From the NCBI GenBank assembly GCA_964412165.1, contig CAYPMW010000004.1, positions 23,091 through 75,877 of the forward strand: 52,787 nucleotides of DNA. The letters run 5' to 3'. Shown in pieces: positions 30,806-38,320 of the stretch (within the stretch, counting starts at the first letter, position 1; every line of letters starts with the position of its first letter). Position numbers and translations under genes: made by a program. This DNA comes from an uncultured Gammaproteobacteria bacterium (GTDB lineage Bacteria; Patescibacteriota; Microgenomatia; UBA10105). The notes beneath the pieces were generated by a model. That model searched no databases and was not told the DNA's origin. It was given only the letters and a program-made list of their open reading frames with translations.

Positions 30806-31519
30806 ATGCTAGAACGACATCGGGCTCATGAACAAACATTAGTGTTGCCTGAATTGACCCAAGCTCATTGGCAACTGATTTCTAGCGTGCGTTTCAAAGA
30901 TCCCAAAATCAATCACTATGCTTTGGCAAAAGCTGGTGGAGTGATTGATGAAGCACAAGGACCACATATTGGTAGACGCCATTGGCATAAAATTTGGTCT
31001 GCGGCACACCGGCGCACCTCAGGTATAAAAGGTATGATAGCTCAGAGGTTAAGACCAGATCATTTTTCTTTATTTCAAGAAGTTGCTCGCTTTGCTGAAT
31101 ATGCGGTAGAACACCATTACACCTTAAATGATTACCTGACCAAATTGAAACCAACTATTTCTCTGGAACATGATTGGGGTGAGCCAGAAGAACTGAGTTG
31201 GGATGCACAAGTTAACACCTGGCAACTGTATGGTGATGTGTATGGAAATTTTCAGGGAGGGCCTGAATTACGGGAATATGGTGGATACCTAGGCGATGCA
31301 GAAGCACGCTTTGTTACGGGGATGTGGCTTTTACCTGAAGACGAAGCAACCGATGTGGTACACACACCTCCTGAGATATTAATGGAAAAGCTCTGGGGAG
31401 AAATCAAATCAGACCCCGAAGCTGTTCGGGAAAGATTAAAAACTCAACTGCCAAACTTAGGTAATCTTCATAGTGATCCAATGTTTGGCGTCATCGAAAA
31501 AGACATTCCTTCTTTATAA
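30806..31519 (+). CDS. hypothetical protein (orphan)
   Basis: 237-aa ORF; N-terminus weakly HTH-like. Confidence 0.7.
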   Translation: MLERHRAHEQTLVLPELTQAHWQLISSVRFKDPKINHYALAKAGGVIDEAQGPHIGRRHWHKIWSAAHRRTSGIKGMIAQRLRPDHFSLFQEVARFAEYAVEHHYTLNDYLTKLKPTISLEHDWGEPEELSWDAQVNTWQLYGDVYGNFQGGPELREYGGYLGDAEARFVTGMWLLPEDEATDVVHTPPEILMEKLWGEIKSDPEAVRERLKTQLPNLGNLHSDPMFGVIEKDIPSL

Positions 31520-31550
31520 TTATAATTTCCCTTTATGACTTAGAGAATTT

Positions 31551-31742
31551 ATGATTGCCGAACAAACGAATCAGCTGATTGTGGAAAAGTTATTTGGCAA
31601 AAAGGACCTGTTTCAGGCGTATAGAGAAGCTCGCTGGCTGGGATGGAGGGGAAAATATTTAGGAGAAAACTACACTGACCTATATCTGTCAATACGAACT
31701 TTTTATGTAAGGGGTGGTAGGGATGTCGTATCAGGAATATAG
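31551..31742 (+). CDS. small hypothetical protein or remnant
   Basis: 63-aa ORF overlapping the pyrE start. Confidence 0.35.
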   Translation: MIAEQTNQLIVEKLFGKKDLFQAYREARWLGWRGKYLGENYTDLYLSIRTFYVRGGRDVVSGI

Positions 31743-32280
31743 AGAGCAGTTACGGTCTATTATTTCCGAGAGATCATTGCGTCTCGGAGATTATACGTTG
31801 CAAAGCGGTAGACAAACTTCCTTTTATTTTGATACTAAACAAACAACACTTACAGGCGAAGGCGCGTATCATATAGCAACTCTTGCTATTACACTGATAA
31901 AGAAGGAGTTTCCCCAGGTGACTACCATAGGCGGTCCGGCCATGGGAGCAAATTTTATCGTTCCTCCTCTACTTTGGTTAGATGCTCAAAGTAAATCACC
32001 TCAAATACGACATGGTTTTATTGTGTATAAAGAAGGAAATGAATTAAGAGTTGCAAACTCACCTCCTTCGGGAACTGAGTTTGTGGGCATAGAAGATGTT
32101 ATCACTACAGGTGAATCAGTAAGTAGAGCATGTCGATATATGATTGAAAGAGGTTGTATCTTGCGCGGATTACTTTGCTTGATTGATCGCAGTGAAGGAG
32201 GAGTCAAACGATTGGAAGATGAGTTCGGTGTGCCGGCAATACCCCTATTTACAGTACGAGATTTTTTTCCAAGAGTGTGA
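31723..32280 (+). CDS. pyrE: orotate phosphoribosyltransferase
   Basis: LQSGRQTSFYFDTK, IGGPAMG, IEDVITTGES PRPP loop, IDRSEGG. Confidence 0.85.
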   Translation: MSYQEYREQLRSIISERSLRLGDYTLQSGRQTSFYFDTKQTTLTGEGAYHIATLAITLIKKEFPQVTTIGGPAMGANFIVPPLLWLDAQSKSPQIRHGFIVYKEGNELRVANSPPSGTEFVGIEDVITTGESVSRACRYMIERGCILRGLLCLIDRSEGGVKRLEDEFGVPAIPLFTVRDFFPRV

Positions 32281-32303
32281 ATGCCTCGGTCTTTAATGCC
32301 GAG
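32280..32303. mobile_element. possible IS200/IS605-like end hairpin
   Basis: AATGCCTCGGTCTTTAATGCCGAG (CTCGG/CCGAG around CTTTAA). Confidence 0.3.
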
Positions 32304-32405
32304 ATATTCGTAGGCGTAGAATAAGATCTGTGCTGTGGTAGTTACGATAGTTACGAAGTATTCTATCTTGACTAAGTATTACTACTGATGATAGTATTAA
32401 CAAGT

Positions 32406-32636
32406 ATGTCAGTAATAACAACTGTAACTCAAAAAGGACAAGTGACATTACCAAAAGGTCTACGGGAAGGAGTGGGAATTAAGAAATTGGGGAGGGTACG
32501 AATAGAACAGGAAAAAAAGTTTCTTAAAATCATCCCGACACATGATATATTGGATATTGCCGGCACTTTTAAACCAAAAAGGGGAAAATCAGTAATGAAA
32601 GCGCGAAAAGCGCTCGAGAGTGACTTTACACCATAA
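32406..32636 (+). CDS. vapB: AbrB/MazE/SpoVT-family antitoxin
   Basis: VTQKGQVTLPK AbrB motif; abuts the PIN gene. Confidence 0.9.
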   Translation: MSVITTVTQKGQVTLPKGLREGVGIKKLGRVRIEQEKKFLKIIPTHDILDIAGTFKPKRGKSVMKARKALESDFTP

Positions 32637-33059
32637 ATGCTCAGAGTCTATTTTTTAGATGCTAACATCTTCTTGCGTCTTCTAATTAGAGAGGATGATA
32701 AAGTATACCAAAAGTGCTACAAGCTCATCGAAACAGTTAAATCGGGTAAAATCAAAGCTGTGACTTCACAACTGGTACTTGCTGAAATTGCCTGGACTTT
32801 GTCCTCTTACTATAAGTACCCTCGCGAAAAAGTGGCATTAGCTCTTGAGGGAATCGTGAATCTCAATAATCTAAGGTTGATAGATCGTTATCAAACGTCG
32901 TTGGGGATCAGATTATATCGCGAAAGATCTGTCAAATATATTGATGCAATACTGGCTTCACAAAAAAATTTACAGAATAGAGACTGGGTAGTGGTGTCCT
33001 ATGATAAAGATTTTGATACCTTAGGAGTCGAGCGTAAAGAACCGGATAAAATACATTAG
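32637..33059 (+). CDS. vapC: PIN-domain toxin
   Basis: FLDANIFLR, VLAEI, YIDA, SYDKDF acidic PIN motifs. Confidence 0.92.
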   Translation: MLRVYFLDANIFLRLLIREDDKVYQKCYKLIETVKSGKIKAVTSQLVLAEIAWTLSSYYKYPREKVALALEGIVNLNNLRLIDRYQTSLGIRLYRERSVKYIDAILASQKNLQNRDWVVVSYDKDFDTLGVERKEPDKIH

Positions 33060-33110
33060 GGATTTAAAAATTTTGCCATGGGAGCATTACTCGCTGCTGC
33101 TTCAACAGTT

Positions 33111-33148
33111 GTTATACCCGGAACAATTTCAATTGTGAAGGGTATACT
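33111..33148. repeat. 38-bp nested palindrome, copy 1
   Basis: GTTATACCCGGAACAATTTCAATTGTGAAGGGTATACT; 36/38 identical to 41025-41062. Confidence 0.85.
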
Positions 33149-33151
33149 ATG

Positions 33152-33423
33152 AAGACATCTACATTTGAAATAGCTTAAATACAATCAGCTTGGGGCAGGC
33201 AGATATTATTTACTCCATCCCAACAAGGGCAATCATCTTGAGGTAAATTCCTGACTTGTTTTCGTTCTGCCTCTGTAGGTGGAGGAGGGAAGCGAGGTTG
33301 TGGATATGAGTCTTTTTGAGGTTTTTTAAGATAAAAAACAATCGCAGTAATAACAAGCAAAGTCAGTGCAATTATAAGAATTTTTACCATATCTTCATCA
33401 TCGTATCAGATTAGGTATTTATA
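33152..33423. repeat. 272-bp direct repeat, copy 1
   Basis: Matches 35703-35974 except 2 substitutions upstream of the contained ORF. Confidence 0.95.
33175..33390 (-). CDS. small membrane-anchored Pro/Cys-rich protein, copy 1
   Basis: TM helix, PPPP, four C-terminal Cys; identical to 35726-35941. Confidence 0.75.
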   Translation of the reverse strand: MVKILIIALTLLVITAIVFYLKKPQKDSYPQPRFPPPPTEAERKQVRNLPQDDCPCWDGVNNICLPQADCI

Positions 33424-33486
33424 ATCCATGATGGACGATGTTCAGACCTATTTTATAACTTCAAAAGAGCCTGTTTTTATTCCTTG

Positions 33487-33918
33487 CTATGTGGATTGAG
33501 ATGGTAAGTCAGTAAATGTATAGGACATGAGATGGAGTTTTAAACACTCTTCCATCCTATCAGGTGGGGGTATCGAATCTTCATCGTTGGCTGGAATCTG
33601 CATTTCACCAAGCATTAAAGGGGGTAAATTTTCAACTATGAAGTCGGCTCTCAAACAACTCCTCTTTTTTATTTCTTTACCAGGATTAGGTACGTCTCTC
33701 TCATTAAAGTTGCTTATATTGTGAGCTCGTGCTGCTGAAAATAACATTTGTTGAGCTTCATAAGTTTTGGGCTCAATAAAGAATCTGCCTCCATTCGTTT
33801 GACCTTCAAGACCAGGTTTCCAATCCATTACCACTCTATAATTCGCAGTTTCTCTTACCACTACACCAGGTGAAAATACTGGTAATTTAAGTTCGTTTCC
33901 TGATTCTGGCTGGGACAT
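33487..33918 (-). CDS. hypothetical protein
   Basis: 143-aa ORF. Confidence 0.7.
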   Translation of the reverse strand: MSQPESGNELKLPVFSPGVVVRETANYRVVMDWKPGLEGQTNGGRFFIEPKTYEAQQMLFSAARAHNISNFNERDVPNPGKEIKKRSCLRADFIVENLPPLMLGEMQIPANDEDSIPPPDRMEECLKLHLMSYTFTDLPSQST

Positions 33919-34005
33919 ATTGTTTTACTCATGCAAGTATATACCTGTTTCTCTAATACAGATGTAGAATTCTAATGGATTAACTATCCGAATATCCCCA
34001 CTGCA

Positions 34006-34164
34006 TCACGGTTTCCTCTGGCCTCAACAAGTTCCCGGGCTTTCTCAGCCGTAATTTTTACGTGTTTCAGCGGGGTGATTATTTTGAATTCCTCGGGAAT
34101 TGATTCGTATTCCGTTGTTGAAACATTGAAACATTATAGAGATAGGTATCAAAGTAACTGCTGT
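34006..34164 (-). pseudogene. frameshifted remnant of a paralog of 26165-26872
   Basis: Aligns to 26343-26493; SSYFDTYLYNVS/TTEYESIPEEFKIITPLKHVKITAEKARELVEARGNRD; 8-bp duplication GAAACATT x2 at 34120-34135. Confidence 0.85.
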
Positions 34165-34264
34165 GTACAAAAATTCCAGAGCGTGGATTCATATCAATCC
34201 GTGAGTGCCAAAGATGTAAAGAGAAAAATTGTATATCTTATAGCATTATGATATATTACACTCT

Positions 34265-34858
34265 ATGTTATTAGAGCGTCCCAAGAGAAATGGCGAACCT
34301 TTTACAGAGAGTGAATATATGAGGTTATTCGCTACGTCGAAAACATTAATTTTTAACCCCCCGCGGCCGGGATTAGCATATCCAGCTCGTGAAAGAGACG
34401 AAATACGGGAAGCCGTAGCCTCAAAATATAAAGTGATGACAGCAAAGTATTTAATTCCGCCACCTTCATTTTCAGAAATGACATCCGGAAATCTAGTAGT
34501 GGACATTGAATATCCATGGGCAGATATAGGATTGTATACACCAATAAAATTTATTTTCAATCCTCAGGGACGATTAGCTAGCATTGAATATTCACAAAGA
34601 CATATTAATTTTATCTATAATGAACTAGGAAGACTTGTACAATATAGCGAATTAACAACATCGCCAGAAGGAGAAGTCAGGGAAGTATGGTGGTATACAT
34701 ATGAAGACACGAGTCTATCTTGGTATAGCAGGCAAGTAGGATTAATGCGGTTTTCTACCAATTATAGAGGGTCAGAGTTTCCTCAAGGACAAAGTTATAC
34801 ATTTGAAGAATCTATTCAACAGATCGGTTTTCCTCGACCACAGCTAGTTGCTACGTAA
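34265..34858 (+). CDS. hypothetical protein
   Basis: 197-aa ORF; two FxF/YNxxGRL segments weakly YD-repeat-like. Confidence 0.7.
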   Translation: MLLERPKRNGEPFTESEYMRLFATSKTLIFNPPRPGLAYPARERDEIREAVASKYKVMTAKYLIPPPSFSEMTSGNLVVDIEYPWADIGLYTPIKFIFNPQGRLASIEYSQRHINFIYNELGRLVQYSELTTSPEGEVREVWWYTYEDTSLSWYSRQVGLMRFSTNYRGSEFPQGQSYTFEESIQQIGFPRPQLVAT

Positions 34859-35034
34859 AATCATATTACTCCGGGAGTGACCTAATTGGACTAATTGACC
34901 TAATTGGGGACTGGGAGGGCTTAGATTGTAATTACCTTCTGATTAAAGTAATAATTAATATATGCCACGTAGCCTCATAACGATCCTGGATCGTTAATTC
35001 TACCATTTATGGATCCTCCCAGGGTGTAAATATG

Positions 35035-35626
35035 TTATTCGATTAAAAATCCAGAGATGGGAGATGTTTGACAGTATATCGAAAGATCATCTAAAGAACT
35101 AGCAATCACGTTTTCCTCTACTGCTTCCAGAAGATGACGCAATACTTCAGGAATTTGAGTCAAAAATATTGAACCGTCTTCAGGAAATACGCACGCATGC
35201 TCTGTCTTTTTTACGCGGGTTAAGATAGGTGTAATCATTCCTAAAAATTTTGGATCATGCCTCAAGGATATAAATAATTCGGTTAATTTATTAATAGTTA
35301 ATGCAACTCTGGGAGCATTAGTCATTGCAGCTTCAGTAATAGTTACCAATTGCATTAAGTTTTCTGGGCGATGGTAACCCAGCTTGACGGGCATTTTTCA
35401 GAGCACAGAATATAGAAAAACTTTCGCTATGGGTATCCCGCCAACTATCGTATTCCGGTTCGATTTGAAATCTATAAGTTTCATACTCACTCGACTTATA
35501 TAAACGAACCAATAACCGGTCGATATCAACTTGTGTTCCTACGTCCCAACCCCACACGTACATCTTCCGAGCTTCGGACACGAACTGAGTTTCTATGGGC
35601 GATGGCTAACGTAATTCAGCGCTCAT
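35035..35626 (-). pseudogene. disrupted orphan gene
   Basis: ATG 35626, in-frame TAG at codon 7, then ORF 35581-35333; removing one A from the A5 run at 35394-35398 fuses it to ORF 35394-35035. Confidence 0.55.
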
Positions 35627-35702
35627 GTGTGGATATAATAGGACAGAATCTTCGCGTCTTTATTATAAACTCTTCGTCAAAAGATGTGTAAGTTTTACTA
35701 TC

Positions 35703-35974
35703 AAGACATCTACATTTGAAATAGCTTAAATACAATCAGCTTGGGGCAGGCAGATATTATTTACTCCATCCCAACAAGGGCAATCATCTTGAGGTAAATT
35801 CCTGACTTGTTTTCGTTCTGCCTCTGTAGGTGGAGGAGGGAAGCGAGGTTGTGGATATGAGTCTTTTTGAGGTTTTTTAAGATAAAAAACAATCGCAGTA
35901 ATAACAAGCAAAGTCAGTGCAATTATAAGAATTTTTACCATATCTTCATTATCGTATCAAATTAGGTATTTATA
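35703..35974. repeat. 272-bp direct repeat, copy 2
   Basis: See 33152-33423; offset 2551 bp. Confidence 0.95.
35726..35941 (-). CDS. small membrane-anchored Pro/Cys-rich protein, copy 2
   Basis: Identical to 33175-33390. Confidence 0.75.
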   Translation of the reverse strand: MVKILIIALTLLVITAIVFYLKKPQKDSYPQPRFPPPPTEAERKQVRNLPQDDCPCWDGVNNICLPQADCI

Positions 35975-36137
35975 TTCTATGGTAGCGTCTTATTTTTACT
36001 AGAGAAATACTGGCTTATTTTCTTAATGTACAAGAAAGATATTTTAATCAATTACTAAGTGATATTCTTTGAGTTTTGTAAATATGAAAATATTTGGTAG
36101 AATAGAGCCTAATTAAACTGCCCCAGAGGTAGTTTTT

Positions 36138-36701
36138 ATGGGTCATACACCTGAAGCAGGATTTATCAGTCTTGAAGGAGATCCGCAATCAAAGATTAAA
36201 GTAGTACGTTACTTGTCTACTGGAGAGACTTCTCTTGGCAGGCCGGTTGGTCAACCAGAAGAGTATAAATTTTTTCCTTCATATGTTGATGCATTAGACT
36301 GGGTTGCGGAAGGAACTCATTACAACCATCATTTTGAAATCCGCCAACCATACAGAATATATGCCTATCTTACAGGCGTACCGCGTGTAAGTGATGAACA
36401 GCTGATTGTAAGACTTTTTCATAATTGGGGAATATCTCCCCGATCAGTTGCGGGTCACCACGCAGTGTCTACTGATTATGACACTTTTACTACGATAATT
36501 ATTGAGAATGTTGGAGATGAACAGCTTTTTGATCGCGGGTTGGCGTGGCTTAATGTAACAAATCCAGATCAACCAATCCTGTCATTTAACTTATTAGGTG
36601 GGGTAAGAAACTTACCTGGTGACTTGGTACAAGGATTTAATAAAATGATAGATCGGGTAAATGAAGTATTGGTAGATCTCGGCAGGGGTACGCGTAAGTA
36701 A
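36138..36701 (+). CDS. hypothetical protein
   Basis: 187-aa ORF; GAGGT upstream; paralog remnant at 25951. Confidence 0.8.
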   Translation: MGHTPEAGFISLEGDPQSKIKVVRYLSTGETSLGRPVGQPEEYKFFPSYVDALDWVAEGTHYNHHFEIRQPYRIYAYLTGVPRVSDEQLIVRLFHNWGISPRSVAGHHAVSTDYDTFTTIIIENVGDEQLFDRGLAWLNVTNPDQPILSFNLLGGVRNLPGDLVQGFNKMIDRVNEVLVDLGRGTRK

Positions 36702-36738
36702 TAATCGACTTATAATAATATCTTATAAAGTATTGGCA

Positions 36739-36891
36739 GGGGACGGTCCTGAGAAATGTTATTGAGACACTCTGGAGATGTAGATACTTAAAAAGCGAAT
36801 ATTTCACTCCTTCTAAGGTATAAACTATTTAGGTAATATTACATTTCATCATTTCTGGATTGTTGTGGCAATAAGTTTGAGGACCGTCCCC
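36739..36891. mobile_element. 153-bp MITE/REP-pair-like element
   Basis: Perfect 12-bp terminal inverted repeats GGGGACGGTCCT / AGGACCGTCCCC. Confidence 0.55.
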
Positions 36892-37002
36892 AACTCGTTT
36901 AAGTATTATACTTCCGGACGAACCTTCAGGAGTTCTATCTTTTTTTAAGGATAGTTGTGTGCCAGGTTGTCGGCCAATGTAAAATGAGTATATAATACGT
37001 GT

Positions 37003-37215
37003 ATGAGTTTGGTTTGGGATTATTCCAAAACAGTATTGGAAAAGAGTGAAAAAGGGAAAATATTGCTTCTGGAACGCGCGATAAATTATGGTCCCAATCA
37101 GGGTCAAAAATTGAAACGTCAGAATATTATCAAATATTGGGATAGACTCAAGTTGTTCCCGAAAAAAAAGAGATTGTTGGAGCTTCTGATATGGGGAAAA
37201 CAGTCCTCAATTTAA
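37003..37215 (+). CDS. small putative antitoxin partner of the AbiEii-like toxin
   Basis: WDY...LLERAINYG...IKYW; overlaps the downstream nucleotidyltransferase. Confidence 0.7.
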   Translation: MSLVWDYSKTVLEKSEKGKILLLERAINYGPNQGQKLKRQNIIKYWDRLKLFPKKKRLLELLIWGKQSSI

Positions 37216-37847
37216 AACAAACCTCCATTCTGGATGCGTTCACCGAAGAACCATTTTTGACTGGTAATTTTTATTTTACCGGCGGAACCGCATTAAGCGA
37301 AGTATATCTTCAACACAGAGAAAGCATCGACTTGGATTTTTTCAGTAGGTTGCAGTTTGATCCGCAAAAATTGTTAAATATTATTGAATCCTGGTCGCGT
37401 AAATATAAATTTATCATCAAGCAGCAATTTGTTGATCCCACTTATATTTATATCTGCAAATTTGCCGATAATGAGGAATTGAAAATTGATTTCGCAACGT
37501 ATCCTTACAAACAACTCTCAGAGAGAGTGGTATACCATGAGCGTCTACAAGTCGATAGTTTATTAGATATTAGTGTAAATAAACTTATTACTTTGACACA
37601 GCGGGCTGAAGCAAAAGATTATGTAGATCTTTTCTATATTTTACAGCATTTTTCTTTTTGGGAGTTAAAAGAAGGAGTAAGAAGTAAGTTTAACGTCGAG
37701 CTAGAACCATTTACGGCAGCTGCTGATTTTGCGGCGGTAGAGACTATTGAATTTTTGCCTAAAATGTTGACAACTTTAACTATTCAGGAATTGAAATCGT
37801 TTTTCTTAACTCTTGCAAAAAAACTGGGTGGAAACTTTATTGAATAA
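37191..37847 (+). CDS. AbiEii/AbiGii-family nucleotidyltransferase toxin
   Basis: FYFTGGTAL...HRESIDLDFF; NKL...R.EAKDYVDL. Confidence 0.9.
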   Translation: MGKTVLNLKQTSILDAFTEEPFLTGNFYFTGGTALSEVYLQHRESIDLDFFSRLQFDPQKLLNIIESWSRKYKFIIKQQFVDPTYIYICKFADNEELKIDFATYPYKQLSERVVYHERLQVDSLLDISVNKLITLTQRAEAKDYVDLFYILQHFSFWELKEGVRSKFNVELEPFTAAADFAAVETIEFLPKMLTTLTIQELKSFFLTLAKKLGGNFIE

Positions 37848-37972
37848 GGTTTTGTCGGTATAAGTAGTAGAACTTATAAACTTTGAGGTACAAAGCCAGC
37901 TCGTTTGATATCAGTACAAAACCACTCCATGTGTGAAATAGCTAGACACAACTGGATTTTGAGAGTTTATGT

Positions 37973-38010
37973 CAGGGACGATAGGAATCGGACCTCTACT
38001 GGAAGTTTTG
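37973..38010 (-). pseudogene. 3' half of a decayed tRNA-Trp-like gene
   Basis: CAAA-ACTTC-CAGT-AGAGG-TCCGATT-CCTAT-CGTCCCT-G; pairs with the 5' half at 38171-38201. Confidence 0.7.
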
Positions 38011-38024
38011 TTCCAGAATTCTTG

Positions 38025-38095
38025 CAGGTCCGCCCCGATTCGAACGGGGAATAGAGGTTTTGGAGACCTCTGTGATACCGTTTCACCACGGACCT
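38025..38095 (-). tRNA. trnW: tRNA-Trp (CCA)
   Basis: Acceptor AGGTCCG/CGGACCT, anticodon arm GAGGT-CTCCAAA-ACCTC, T-arm CCCCG-TTCGAAT-CGGGG, G73; CCA end not encoded. Confidence 0.95.
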
Positions 38096-38170
38096 AACAG
38101 AAAAGACCTGCTAGAACATCGGGATCCCGTACTGTAAGCTATTTCTCCGAACAACAACAGTAATGGGAGT

Positions 38171-38201
38171 GACTTCTGGTCTACCGTTAACTTACGGCCC
38201 T
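38171..38201 (-). pseudogene. 5' half of a decayed tRNA-Trp-like gene
   Basis: AGGGCCG-TA-AGTT-AACGGTA-GACC-A-GAAGT-C; starts 6 nt after TATAAT (38208-38213). Confidence 0.7.
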
Positions 38202-38320
38202 TTGGCTATTATATCAAATTCGCAGGCTGAATTTAGGAAAAAGATTTACATAGTTTCCCCTTGCTGAAACTGCATCAACCATTTATAATCCTTCTGATTT
38301 TTGAGCTAATTTTTAAAGGA

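Noticed and set aside
35606-35608. Stop-codon reassignment (TAG or TGA read-through)
   Set aside because: Intact genes end cleanly at TAG (6326, 33059, 45394) and TGA (pyrE, rpmG); the single in-frame TAG lies in a gene that is also frameshifted.
36829-37107. 92-aa minus-strand ORF
   Set aside because: Antisense to the TA antitoxin and runs through the MITE-like element; likely spurious.
38011-38170. Group I intron call for the insert in the outer tRNA
   Set aside because: I cannot find a P7 core or a terminal G at the 3' junction, and only about 90 nt remain besides the inner tRNA. An intron origin stays possible but unsupported.
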